Assembly (NCBI GenBank): GCA_964016885.1
Contig: OZ024741.1
Span: forward strand, 11,780,001-11,844,000
Direction: 5' to 3'
Length of the DNA stretch: 64,000 nt
Source of the DNA: Eledone cirrhosa
Taxonomy: Eukaryota
This document shows, piece by piece, positions 16,101 through 31,090 of the stretch. Under the pieces are notes generated by a model. The model had not been told where the DNA came from. It ran no database searches and saw only the letters and a list, made by a program, of their open reading frames with translations. The translations under genes were made by a program, and so were the position numbers. The first letter of the stretch is position 1. The number at the start of each line of letters is the position of its first letter.

Positions 16101-19100
16101 TCTGTGTCACTGTATGTATGTGTCTGTGTCACTGTATGTATGTGTCTGTGTCACTATATGTATGTGTCTGTGTTACTATATATATGTCTCTGTGTCACTG
16201 TATGTATGTGTCTGTGTCACTGTATGTATGTGTCTGTGTCACTATATGTATGTGTCTGTGTCACTATATGTATGTGTCTGTGTCACTGTATGTATGTGTC
16301 TGTGTCACTATATGTATGTCTGTGTCACTATATGTTTGTGTGTCTGTGTCACTATATGTATGTGTCTGTGTCACTATATATATGTCTCTGTGTCACTGTA
16401 TGTATGTGTCTGTGTCACTGTATGTATGTGTCTGTGTCACTATATGTATGTGTCTGTGTCACTATATGTATGTCTCTGTGTCACTGTATGTATGTGTCTG
16501 TGTCACTATATGTATGTGTCTGTGTCACTATATGTATGTGTCTGTGTCACTATATGTATGTCTCTGTGTCACTATATGTATGTCTCTGTGTCACTGTATG
16601 TATGTGTCTGTGTCACTATATGTATGTGTCTGTGTCACTGTATGTATGTCTCTGTGTCACTATATGTATGTGTCTGTGTCACTATATGTATGTGTCTGTG
16701 TCACTATATGTATGTCTCTGTGTCACTATATGTATGTCTCTGTGTCACTGTATGTATGTGTCTGTGTCACTATATGTATGTGTCTGTGTCACTGTATGTA
16801 TGTATCTGTGTCACTATATGTATGTGTCTGTGTCACTGTATGTATGTGTCTGTGTCATTATATGTATGTGTCTGTGTCACTATATGTATCTGTCTGTGTC
16901 ACTACATGTATGTGTCTGTGTCACTATATGTATGTGTCTGTGTCACTATATGTATGTGTCTGTGTCACTATATGTATGTGTCTGTGTCACTATATGTATG
17001 TGTCTGTGTCACTATATGTATGTGTCTGTGTCACTATATGTATGTGTCTGTGTCACTATATGTATGTGTCTGTGTCACTATATGTATGTGTCTGTATCAC
17101 TGTATGTATGTGTCTGTGTCACTATATGTATGTCTCTGTGTCACTATATGTATGTGTCTCTGTCACTATATGTATGTGTCTGTGTCACTATATGTATGTG
17201 TCTGTGTCACTATATGTATGTGTCTGTGTCACTGTATGTATGTGTCTGTGTCACTATATGTATGTGTCTGTGTCACTATATGTATGTGTCTGTGTCACTA
17301 TATGTATGTGTCTGTGTCACTATATGTATGTCTCTGTGTCACTATATGTATGTGTCTGTGTCACTATATGTATGTGTCTGTGTCACTGTATATATGTGTC
17401 TGTGTCATTATATTTATGTGTCTGTGTCACTGTATGTATGTGTCTGTGTCACTGTATGTCTGTGTCTGTGTCACTAAATGTATGTCTGTGTCACTATATG
17501 TTTGTGTGTCTGTGTCACTATATGTATGTGTCTGTGTCACTATATGTATGTGTCTGTGTCACTATATGTATGTGTCTGTGACACTATATGTATGTCTCTG
17601 TGTCACTATATGTATGTGTCTGTGTCACTATATGTACGTGTCTGTGTCACTATATATATGTGTCTGTGTCACTATATGTATGTGTCTCTGTCACTATATG
17701 TATGTGTCTGTGTCACTGTATGTATGTGTCTGTGTCACTATATGTATGTCTGTGTCACTATATGTTTGTGTGTCTGTGTCACTATATGTATGTGTCTGTG
17801 TCACTATATATATGTCTCTGTGTCACTGTATGTATGTGTCTGTGTCACTGTATGTATGTGTCTGTGTCACTATATGTATGTGTCTGTGTCACTATATGTA
17901 TGTCTCTGTGTCACTGTATGTATGTGTCTGTGTCACTATATGTATGTGTCTGTGTCACTATATGTATGTGTCTGTGTCACTATATGTATGTCTCTGTGTC
18001 ACTATATGTATGTCTCTGTGTCACTGTATGTATGTGTCTGTGTCACTATATGTATGTGTCTGTGTCACTGTATGTATGTCTCTGTGTCACTATATGTATG
18101 TGTCTGTGTCACTATATGTATGTGTCTGTGTCACTATATGTATGTCTCTGTGTCACTATATGTATGTCTCTGTGTCACTGTATGTATGTATCTGTGGCAC
18201 TATATGTATGTGTCTGTGTCACTGTATGTATGTCTCTGTGTCACTATATGTATGTGTCTGTGTCACTGTATGTATGTGTCTGTGTCATTATATGTATGTG
18301 TCTGTGTCACTATATGTATCTGTCTGTGTCACTACATGTATGTGTCTGTGTCACTATATGTATGTGTCTGTGTCACTATATGTATGTGTCTGTGTCACTA
18401 TATGTATGTGTCTGTGTCACTATATGTATGTGTCTGTGTCACTATATGTATGTGTCTGTGTCACTATATGTATGTGTCTGTGTCACTATATGTATGTGTC
18501 TGTGTCACTATATGTATGTGTCTGTGTCACTATATGTATGTGTCTGTGTCACTATATGTATGTGTCTGTGTCACTGTATGTATGTGTCTGTGTCACTGTA
18601 TGTATGTGTCTGTGTCACTATATGTATGTGTCTCTGTCACTATATGTATGTGTCTGTGTCACTATATGTATGTGTCTGTGTCACTATATGTATGTGTCTG
18701 TGTCACTGTATGTATGTGTCTGTGTCACTATATGTATGTGTCTGTGTCACTATATGTATGTGTCTGTGTCACTATATGTATGTGTCTGTGTCACTATATG
18801 TATGTCTCTGTGTCACTATATGTATGTGTCTGTGCCACTATATGTATGTGTCTGTGTCACTATATGTATGTGTCTGTGTCACTATATGTATGTGTCTGTG
18901 TCACTGTATATATGTGTCTGTGTCATTATATTTATGTGTCTGTGTCACTGTATGTATGTGTCTGTGTCACTGTATGTATGTGTCTGTGTCACTAAATGTA
19001 TGTCTGTGTCACTATATGTTTGTGTGTCTGTGTCACTATATGTATGTGTCTGTGTCACTATATGTATGTGTCTGTGTCACTATATGTATGTGTCTGTGAC

Positions 19101-19720
19101 ACTATATGTATGTCTCTGTGTCACTATATGTATGTGTCTGTGTCACTATATGTATGTGTCTGTGTCACTATATATATGTGTCTGTGTCACTATATGTATG
19201 TGTCTGTGTCATTATATGTATGTGTCTGTGTCACTATATGTATGTATCTGTGTCACTATATGTATGTGTCTTTGTCACTATATGTATGTGTCTGTGTCAC
19301 TATATGTATGTGTCTCTGTCACTATATGTTTGTATCTGTGTCACTATATGTATGTGTCTGTGTCACTATATGTATGTGTCTGTGTCACTATATGTATGTG
19401 TCTTTGTCACTATATGTATGTGTCTGTGCCACTATATGTATGTGTCTCTGTCACTATATGTTTGTATCTGTGTCACTATATGTATGTGTCTGTGTCACTA
19501 TATGTATGTGTCTGTGTCACTATATGTATGTGTCTGTGTCACTATATGTATGTGTCTGTGTCACGATATGTATGTGTCTCTGTCACTATATGTATGTGTC
19601 TGTGTCACTATATGTATGTGTCTGTGTCACTGTATGTATGTGTCTGTGTCACTATATGTATGTGTCTGTGTCACTATATGTATGTGTCTGTGTCACTGTA
19701 AGTATGTCTCTGTGTCACTA
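8950..19720. repeat. Head-to-tail tandem duplication, unit 5,386 bp
   Basis: ORF pairs 9148/14534, 10180/15566, 10356..14315/15742..19701, 12092/17478 and 13610/18996 are all offset by 5,386, with only a few point differences. Confidence 0.92.
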
Positions 19721-22700
19721 TATGTATGTGTCTCTGTCACTATATGTATGTATGTGTCTGTGTCACTATATGTATGTGTCTGTATCACTGTATGTTTGTG
19801 TCTGTGTCACTATATGTATGTGTCTCTGTCACTATATGTATGTGTCTGTGTCACTGTATGTATGTGTCTGTGTCACTATATGGTTGTGTCTGTGTCACTA
19901 TATGTACGTGTCTGTGTCACTATATGTATGTGTCTGTGTCACTATATGTATGTGTCTGTGTCACTGTATGTATGTCTCTGTGTCACTATATGTATGTGTC
20001 TGTGTCACTATATGTTTGTGTCTGTGTCACTATATATATGTGTCTGTGTCACTATATGTATGTGTCTGTGTCACTGTATATATGTGTCTGTGTCATTATA
20101 TGTTTGTGTTTGTGTCACTATATGTATGTGTCTGTGTCACTATATGTATGTGTCTGTGTCACTATATGTATGTGTCTGTGTCACTGTATGTATGTGTCTG
20201 TGTCACTATATGTTTGTGTCTGTGTCACTATATGTATGTGTCTGTGTCACTATATGTATGTGTCTGTGTCACTGTATGTATGTGTCTGTGTCACTGTATG
20301 TATGTGTCTGTGTCACTATATGTATGTGTCTGTGTCACTATATGTATGTGTCTGTGTCACTGTATGTATGTGTCTGTGTCACTATATGTATGTCTGTGTC
20401 ACTATATGTTTGTGTGTCTGTGTCACTATATGTATGTGTCTGTGTCACTATATATATGTCTCTGTGTCACTGTATGTATGTGTATGTGTCACTGTATGTA
20501 TGTGTCTGTGTCACTATATGTATGTGTCTGTGTCACTATATGTATGTCTCTGTGTCACTGTATGTATGTGTCTGTGTCACTATATGTATGTGTCTGTGTC
20601 ACTATATGTATGTGTCTGTGTCACTATATGTATGTCTCTGTGTCACTATATGTATGTCTCTGTGTCACTGTATGTATGTGTCTGTGTCACTATATGTATG
20701 TGTCTGTGTCACTGTATGTATGTCTCTGTGTCACTATATGTATGTGTCTGTGTCACTATATGTATGTGTCTGTGTCACTATATGTATGTCTCTGTGTCAC
20801 TATATGTATGTCTCTGTGTCACTGTATGTATGTGTCTGTGTCACTATATGTATGTGTCTGTGTCACTGTATGTATGTATCTGTGTCACTATATGTATGTG
20901 TCTGTGTCACTGTATGTATGTGTCTGTGTCATTATATGTATGTGTCTGTGTCACTATATGTATCTGTCTGTGTCACTACATGTATGTGTCTGTGTCACTA
21001 TATGTATGTGTCTGTGTCACTATATGTATGTGTCTGTGTCACTATATGTATGTGTCTGTGTCACTATATGTATGTGTCTGTGTCACTATATGTATGTGTC
21101 TGTGTCACTATATGTATGTGTCTGTGTCACTATATGTATGTGTCTGTGTCACTATATGTATGTGTCTGTATCACTGTATGTATGTGTCTGTGTCACTATA
21201 TGTATGTCTCTGTGTCACTATATGTATGTGTCTCTGTCACTATATGTATGTGTCTGTGTCACTATATGTATGTGTCTGTGTCACTATATGTATGTGTCTG
21301 TGTCACTGTATGTATGTGTCTGTGTCACTATATGTATGTGTCTGTGTCACTATATGTATGTGTCTGTGTCACTATATGTATGTGTCTGTGTCACTATATG
21401 TATGTCTCTGTGTCACTATATGTATGTGTCTGTGTCACTATATGTATGTGTCTGTGTCACTGTATATATGTGTCTGTGTCATTATATTTATGTGTCTGTG
21501 TCACTGTATGTATGTGTCTGTGTCACTGTATGTCTGTGTCTGTGTCACTAAATGTATGTGTGTGTCACTATATGTTTGTGTGTCTGTGTCACTATATGTA
21601 TGTGTCTGTGTCACTATATGTATGTGTCTGTGTCACTATATGTATGTGTCTGTGACACTATATGTATGTCTCTGTGTCACTATATGTATGTGTCTGTGTC
21701 ACTATATGTATGTGTCTGTGTCACTATATATATGTGTCTGTGTCACTATATGTATGTGTCTCTGTCACTATATGTATGTGTCTGTGTCACTGTATGTATG
21801 TGTCTGTGTCACTATATGTATGTCTGTGTCACTATATGTTTGTGTGTCTGTGTCACTATATGTATGTGTCTGTGTCACTATATATATGTCTCTGTGTCAC
21901 TGTATGTATGTGTCTGTGTCACTGTATGTATGTGTCTGTGTCACTATATGTATGTGTCTGTGTCACTATATGTATGTCTCTGTGTCACTGTATGTATGTG
22001 TCTGTGTCACTATATGTATGTGTCTGTGTCACTATATGTATGTGTCTGTGTCACTATATGTATGTCTCTGTGTCACTATATGTATGTCTCTGTGTCACTG
22101 TATGTATGTGTCTGTGTCACTATATGTATGTGTCTGTGTCACTGTATGTATGTCTCTGTGTCACTATATGTATGTGTCTGTGTCACTATATGTATGTGTC
22201 TGTGTCACTATATGTATGTCTCTGTGTCACTATATGTATGTCTCTGTGTCACTGTATGTATGTATCTGTGGCACTATATGTATGTGTCTGTGTCACTGTA
22301 TGTATGTCTCTGTGTCACTATATGTATGTGTCTGTGTCACTGTATGTATGTGTCTGTGTCATTATATGTATGTGTCTGTGTCACTATATGTATCTGTCTG
22401 TGTCACTACATGTATGTGTCTGTGTCACTATATGTATGTGTCTGTGTCACTATATGTATGTGTCTGTGTCACTATATGTATGTGTCTGTGTCACTATATG
22501 TATGTGTCTGTGTCACTATATGTATGTGTCTGTGTCACTATATGTATGTGTCTGTGTCACTATATGTATGTGTCTGTGTCACTATATGTATGTGTCTGTG
22601 TCACTATATGTATGTGTCTGTGTCACTATATGTATGTGTCTGTGTCACTGTATGTATGTGTCTGTGTCACTGTATGTATGTGTCTGTGTCACTATATGTA

Positions 22701-24450
22701 TGTGTCTCTGTCACTATATGTATGTGTCTGTGTCACTATATGTATGTGTCTGTGTCACTATATGTATGTGTCTGTGTCACTGTATGTATGTGTCTGTGTC
22801 ACTATATGTATGTGTCTGTGTCACTATATGTATGTGTCTGTGTCACTATATGTATGTGTCTGTGTCACTATATGTATGTCTCTGTGTCACTATATGTATG
22901 TGTCTGTGCCACTATATGTATGTGTCTGTGTCACTATATGTATGTGTCTGTGTCACTATATGTATGTGTCTGTGTCACTGTATATATGTGTCTGTGTCAT
23001 TATATTTATGTGTCTGTGTCACTGTATGTATGTGTCTGTGTCACTGTATGTATGTGTCTGTGTCACTAAATGTATGTCTGTGTCACTATATGTTTGTGTG
23101 TCTGTGTCACTATATGTATGTGTCTGTGTCACTATATGTATGTGTCTGTGTCACTATATGTATGTGTCTGTGACACTATATGTATGTCTCTGTGTCACTA
23201 TATGTATGTGTCTGTGTCACTATATGTATGTGTCTGTGTCACTATATATATGTGTCTGTGTCACTATATGTATGTGTCTGTGTCATTATATGTATGTGTC
23301 TGTGTCACTATATGTATGTATCTGTGTCACTATATGTATGTGTCTTTGTCACTATATGTATGTGTCTGTGTCACTATATGTATGTGTCTCTGTCACTATA
23401 TGTTTGTATCTGTGTCACTATATGTATGTGTCTGTGTCACTATATGTATGTGTCTGTGTCACTATATGTATGTGTCTTTGTCACTATATGTATGTGTCTG
23501 TGCCACTATATGTATGTGTCTCTGTCACTATATGTTTGTATCTGTGTCACTATATGTATGTGTCTGTGTCACTATATGTATGTGTCTGTGTCACTATATG
23601 TATGTGTCTGTGTCACTATATGTATGTGTCTGTGTCACGATATGTATGTGTCTCTGTCACTATATGTATGTGTCTGTGTCACTATATGTATGTGTCTGTG
23701 TCACTGTATGTATGTGTCTGTGTCACTATATGTATGTGTCTGTGTCACTATATGTATGTGTCTGTGTCACTGTAAGTATGTCTCTGTGTCACTATATGTA
23801 TGTGTCTGTGTCACTATATGTATGTGTCTGTGTCACTATATGTATGTGTCTGTGTCACTGTATGTATATGTCTGTGTCACTGTATGTATGTGTCTCTGTC
23901 ACTATATGTATGTATGTGTCTGTGTCACTATATGTATGTGTCTGTATCACTGTATGTTTGTGTCTGTGTCACTATATGTATGTGTCTCTGTCACTATATG
24001 TATGTGTCTGTGTCACTGTATGTATGTGTCTGTGTCACTATATGGTTGTGTCTGTGTCACTATATGTACGTGTCTGTGTCACTATATGTATGTGTCTGTG
24101 TCACTATATGTATGTGTCTGTGTCACTGTATGTATGTCTCTGTGTCACTATATGTATGTGTCTGTGTCACTATATGTTTGTGTCTGTGTCACTATATATA
24201 TGTGTCTGTGTCACTATATGTATGTGTCTGTGTCACTGTATATATGTGTCTGTGTCATTATATGTTTGTGTTTGTGTCACTATATGTATGTGTCTGTGTC
24301 ACTATATGTATGTGTCTGTGTCACTATATGTATGTGTCTGTGTCACTGTATGTATGTGTCTGTGTCACTATATGTTTGTGTCTGTGTCACTATATGTATG
24401 TGTCTGTGTCACTATATGTATGTGTCTGTGTCACTGTATGTATGTGTCTG
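16200..24450. repeat. Tandem duplication, unit ~4,074-4,162 bp
   Basis: 17478/21552, 18996/23070 and 19701/23775 are offset by 4,074. The 26-bp monomer at 19738/23900 is offset by 4,162 (4 extra monomers). Confidence 0.85.
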
Positions 24451-24658
24451 TGTCACTATATGTATGTGTCTGTGTCACTATATGTATGTGTCTGTGTCAC
24501 TATATGTATGTGTCTGTGTCACTGTATGTATGTGTCTGTGTCACTATATGTATGTGTCTGTGTCACTATATGTATGTGTCTGTGTCACTGTATGTATGTG
24601 CCTGTGTCACTGTATGTATGTGTCTGTGTCACTATATGTATGTGTCTGTGTCACTATA

Positions 24659-27600
24659 TGTATGTGTCTGTCACTATATGTATGTGTCTGTGTCACTGTA
24701 TATATGTGTCTGTGTCACTATATTTATGTGTCTGTGTCACTGTATGTATGTGTCTGTGTCACTGTATGTATGTGTCTGTGTCACTATATGTATGTGTCTG
24801 TGTCACTATATGTATGTCTGTGTCACTATATGTTTGTGTGTCTGTGTAACTATATGTATGTGTCTGTGTTACTATATATATGTCTCTGTGTCACTGTATG
24901 TATGTGTCTGTGTCACTGTATGTATGTGTCTGTGTCACTATATGTATGTGTCTGTGTTACTATATATATGTCTCTGTGTCACTGTATGTATGTGTCTGTG
25001 TCACTGTATGTATGTGTCTGTGTCACTATATGTATGTGTCTGTGTCACTATATGTATGTGTCTGTGTCACTGTATGTATGTGTCTGTGTCACTATATGTA
25101 TGTCTGTGTCACTATATGTTTGTGTGTCTGTGTCACTATATGTATGTGTCTGTGTCACTATATGTATGTGTCTGTCACTATATGTATGTGTCTGTGTCAC
25201 TGTATATATGTGTCTGTGTCACTATATTTATGTGTCTGTGTCACTGTATGTATGTGTCTGTGTCACTGTATGTATGTGTCTGTGTCACTATATGTATGTG
25301 TCTGTGTCACTATATGTATGTCTGTGTCACTATATGTTTGTGTGTCTGTGTCACTATATGTATGTGTCTGTGTTACTATATATATGTCTCTGTGTCACTG
25401 TATGTATGTGTCTGTGTCACTATATGTATGTGTCTGTGTCACTGTATATATGTGTCTGTGTCATTATATTTATGTGTCTGTGTCACTGTATGTATGTGTC
25501 TGTGTCACTGTATGTATGTGTCTGTGTCACTAAATGTATGTCTGTGTCACTATGTGTTTGTGTGTCTGTGTCACTATATGTATGAGTCTGTGTCACTATA
25601 TGTATGTGTCTGTGTCACTATATGTATGTGTCTGTGACACTATATGTATGTCTCTGTGTCACTATATGTATGTGTCTGTGTCACTATATGTATGTGTCTG
25701 TGTCACTATATATATGTGTCTGTGTCACTATATGTATGTGTCTGTGTCATTATATGTATGTGTCTGTGTCACTATATGTATGTGTCTGTGTCACTATATG
25801 TATGTGTCTTTGTCACTATATGTATGTGTCTGTGTCACTATATGTATGTGTCTCTGTCACTATATGTTTGTATCTGTGTCACTATATGTATGTGTCTGTG
25901 TCACTATATGTATGTGTCTGTGTCACTATATGTATGTGTCTGTGTCACTATATGTATGTGTCTCTGTCACTATATGTTTGTATCTGTGTCACTATATGTA
26001 TGTGTCTGTGTCACTATATATATGTGTCTGTGTCACTATATGTATGTGTCTGTGCCACTATATGTATGTGTCTCTGTCACTATATGTTTGTATCTGTGTC
26101 ACTATATGTATGTGTCTGTGTCACTATATGTATGTGTCTGTGTCACTATATGTATGTGTCTGTGTCACTATATGTATGTGTCTGTGTCACTATATGTATG
26201 TGTCTCTGTCACTATATGTATGTGTCTGTGTCACTATATGTATGTGTCTGTGTCACTGTATGTATGTGTCTGTGTCACTATATGTATGTGTCTGTGTCAC
26301 TATATGTATGTGTCTGTGTCACTGTAAGTATGTCTCTGTGTCACTATATGTATGTGTCTGTGTCACTATATGTATGTGTCTGTGTCACTATATGTATGTG
26401 TCTGTGTCACTGTATGTATGTGTCTGTGTCACTGTATGTATGTGTCTCTGTCACTATATGTATGTATGTGTCTGTGTCACTATATGTATGTGTCTGTATC
26501 ACTGTATGTTTGTGTCTGTGTCACTATATGTATGTGTCTCTGTCACTATATGTATGTGTCTGTGTCACTGTATGTATGTGTCTGTGTCACTATATGGTTG
26601 TGTCTGTGTCACTATATGTACGTGTCTGTGTCACTATATGTATGTGTCTGTGTCACTATATGTATGTGTCTGTGTCACTGTATGTATGTCTCTGTGTCAC
26701 TATATGTATGTGTCTGTGTCACTATATGTTTGTGTCTGTGTCACTATATATATGTGTCTGTGTCACTATATGTATGTGTCTGTGTCACTGTATGTATGTG
26801 TCTGTGTCATTATATGTTTGTGTTTGTGTCACTATATGTATGTGTCTGTGTCACTATATGTATGTGTCTGTGTCACTGTATGTATGTGTCTGTGTCACTA
26901 TATGTTTGTGTCTGTGTCACTATATGTATGTGTCTGTGTCACTGTATGTATGTATCTGTGTCACTATATGTATGTGTCTGTGTCACTATATGTATGTGTC
27001 TGTGTCACTATATGTACGTGTCTGTGTCACTGTATGTATATGTCTGTGTCACTATATGTATGTGTCTGTGTCACTATATGTATGTGTCTGTGTCACTGTA
27101 TGTATGTGCCTGTGTCACTGTATGTATGTGTCTGTGTCACTATATGTATGTGTCTGTGTCACTATATGTATGTGTCTGTCACTATATGTATGTGTCTGTG
27201 TCACTGTATGTATGTGTCTGTGTCACTGTATGTATGTGTCTGTGTCACTATATGTATGTGTCTGTGTCACTATATGTATGTCTGTGTCACTATATGTTTG
27301 TGTGTCTGTGTCACTATATGTATGTGTCTGTGTTACTATATATATGTCTCTGTGTCACTGTATGTATGTGTCTGTGTCACTGTATGTATGTGTCTGTGTC
27401 ACTATATGTATGTGTCTGTGTTACTATATATATGTCTCTGTGTCACTGTATGTATGTGTCTGTGTCACTGTATGTATGTGTCTGTGTCACTATATGTATG
27501 TGTCTGTGTCACTATATGTATGTGTCTGTGTCACTGTATGTATGTGTCTGTGTCACTATATGTATGTCTGTGTCACTATATGTTTGTGTGTCTGTGTCAA

Positions 27601-30600
27601 TATATGTATGTGTCTGTGTCACTATATATATGTCTCTGTGTCACTGTATGTATGTGTCTGTGTCACTGTATGTATGTGCCTGTGTCACTATATGTATGTG
27701 TCTGTGTCACTATATGTATGTCTCTGTGTCATTGTATGTATGTGTCTGTGTCACTGTATGTATGTGTCTGTGTCACTATATGTATGTGTCTGTGTCACTA
27801 TATGTATGTCTCTGTGTCACTATATGTATGTCTCTGTATCACTGTATGTATGTGTCTGTGTCACTATATGTATGTGTCTGTGTCACTGTATGTATGTCTC
27901 TGTGTCACTATATGTATGTGTCTGTGTCACTATATGTATGTGTCTGTGTCACTATATGTATGTCTCTGTGTCACTATATGTATGTCTCTGTGTCACTGTA
28001 TGTATGTGTCTGTGTCACTATATGTATGTGTCTGTGTCACTGTATGTATGTCTCTGTGTCACTATATGTATGTGTCTGTGTCACTGTATGTATGTGTCTG
28101 TGTCATTATATGTATGTGTCTGTGTCACTATATGTATCTGTCTGTGTCACTACATGTATGTGTCTGTGTCACTATATGTATGTGTCTGTGTCACTATATG
28201 TATGTGTCTGTGTCACTATATGTATGTGTCTGTGTCACTATATGTATGTGTCTGTGTCACTATATGTATGTGTCTGTGTCACTATATGTATGTGTCTGTG
28301 TCACTATATGTATGTGTCTGTGTCACTATATGTATGTGTCTGTATCACTGTATGTATGTGTCTGTGTCACTATATGTATGTCTCTGTGTCACTATATGTA
28401 TGTGTCTCTGTCACTATATGTATGTGTCTGTGTCACTATATGTATGTGTCTGTGTCACTATATGTATGTGTCTGTGTCACTGTATGTATGTGTCTGTGTC
28501 ACTATATGTATGTGTCTGTGTCACTATATGTATGTGTCTGTGTCACTATATGTATGTGTCTGTGTCACTATATGTATGTCTCTGTGTCACTATATGTATG
28601 TGTCTGTGTCACTATATGTATGTGTCTGTGTCACTGTATATATGTGTCTGTGTCATTATATTTATGTGTCTGTGTCACTGTATGTATGTGTCTGTGTCAC
28701 TGTATGTATGTGTCTGTGTCACTAAATGTATGTCTGTGTCACTATATGTTTGTGTGTCTGTGTCACTATATGTATGTGTCTGTGTCACTATATGTATGTG
28801 TCTGTGTCACTATATGTATGTGTCTGTGACACTATATGTATGTCTCTGTGTCACTATATGTATGTGTCTGTGTCACTATATGTATGTGTCTGTGTCACTA
28901 TATATGTGTCTGTGTCACTATATGTATGTGTCTCTGTCACTATATGTATGTGTCTGTGTCACTATATGTATGTGTCTGTGTCATTATATGTATGTGTCTG
29001 TGTCACTATATGTATGTGTCTGTGTCACTATATGTATGTGTCTTTGTCACTATATGTATGTGTCTGTGTCACTATATGTATGTCTCTGTCACTATATGTA
29101 TGTGTCTGTGTCACTATATGTATGTGTCTCTGTCACTATATGTTTGTATCTGTGTCACTATATGTATGTGTCTGTGTCACTATATGTATGTGTCTGTGTC
29201 ACTATATGTATGTGTCTCTGTCACTATATGTATGTGTCTGTGTCACTATATGTATGTGTCTGTGTCACTATATGTTTGTGTCTGTGTTACTATATATATG
29301 TGTCTGTGTCACTATATGTATGTGTCTGTGTCACTGTATGTATGTGTCTGTGTCACTGTATGTATGTGTCTGTGTCATTATATGTATGTGTCTCTGTCAC
29401 TATATGTATGTGTCTGTGTCACTATATGTATGTGTCTGTGTCACTATATGTTTGTGTCTGTGTCACTATATATATGTGTCTGTGTCACTATATGTAGGTG
29501 TCTGTGTCACTGTATGTATGTGTCTCTGTCACTGTATGTATGTGTCTGTGTCACTATATGTATGTTTCTGGGTCACTATATGTATGTGTCTCTGTCACTA
29601 TATGTATGTCTCTGTGTCACTATATGTATGTGTCTGTGTCACTATATGTTTGTGTCTGTGTCACTATATATATGTGTCTGTGTCACTATATGTATGTGTC
29701 TGTGTCACTGTATGTATGTGTCTGTGTCACTGTATGTATGTGTCTGTGTCACTATATGTATGTGTCTCTGTCACTATATGTATGTGTCTGTATCACTATA
29801 TGTATGTGTGTGTGTCACTATATGTATGTCTCTGTGTCACTATATGTATGTGTCTGTGTCACTGTATGTATGTGTCTGTGTCATTATATGTATGTGTCTG
29901 TGTCACTGTATGTATGTGTCTGTGCCACTATATGTATGTGACTGTGTCACTATATGTATTTGACTGTGTCACTGTATGTATGTGTCTGTGTCACTATATG
30001 TATGTGTTTGTGTCACTATATGTATGTCTCTGTGTCACTATATGTATGTCTCTGTGTCACTATATGTATGTGTCTGTTTAACTATATGTATGTGTCTGTG
30101 CCACTATATGTATGTGACTGTGTCACTATATGTATGTGTCTGTGTCACTATATGTACGTGTCTGTGTCACTGTATGTATGTGTCTGTGTCACTATATGTA
30201 TGTGTCTGTGTCACTATATGTATGTGTCTGTGTCACTGTATGTATGTGCCTGTGTCACTGTATGTATGTGTCTGTGTCACTATATGTATGTGTCTGTGTC
30301 ACTATATGTATGTGTCTGTCACTATATGTATGTGTCTGTGTCACTGTATGTATGTGTCTGTGTCACTGTATGTATGTGTCTGTGTCACTATATGTATGTG
30401 TCTGTGTCACTATATGTATGTCTGTGTCACTATATGTTTGTGTGTCTGTGTCACTATATGTATGTGTCTGTGTTACTATATATATGTCTCTGTGTCACTG
30501 TATGTATGTGTCTGTGTCACTGTATGTATGTGTCTGTGTCACTATATGTATGTGTCTGTGTTACTATATATATGTCTCTGTGTCACTGTATGTATGTGTC

Positions 30601-31090
30601 TGTGTCACTGTATGTATGTGTCTGTGTCACTATATGTATGTGTCTGTGTCACTATATGTATGTGTCTGTGTCACTGTATGTATGTGTCTGTGTCACTATA
30701 TGTATGTCTGTGTCACTATATGTTTGTGTGTCTGTGTCACTATATGTATGTGTCTGTGTCACTATATATATGTCTCTGTGTCACTGTATGTATGTGTCTG
30801 TGTCACTGTATGTATGTGTCTGTGTCACTATATGTATGTGTCTGTGTCACTATATGTATGTCTCTGTGTCACTGTATGTATGTGTCTGTGTCACTATATG
30901 TATGTGTCTGTGTCACTATATGTATGTGTCTGTGTCACTATATGTATGTCTCTGTGTCACTATATGTATGTCTCTGTGTCACTGTATGTATGTGTCTGTG
31001 TCACTATATGTATGTGTCTGTGTCACTGTATGTATGTCTCTGTGTCACTATATGTATGTGTCTGTGTCACTATATGTATGTGTCTGTGTC
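24659..31090. repeat. ~6.4 kb copy of 1-~6430 (offset 24,658, then 24,656)
   Basis: Rare TATGAGTC at 925 and 25583. ORF boundaries 876..4067 vs 25534..28725 and 1694..4171 vs 26352..28829 match. The offset drops by 2 after a dinucleotide deletion near 28900 (4842 vs 29498). Confidence 0.9.
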
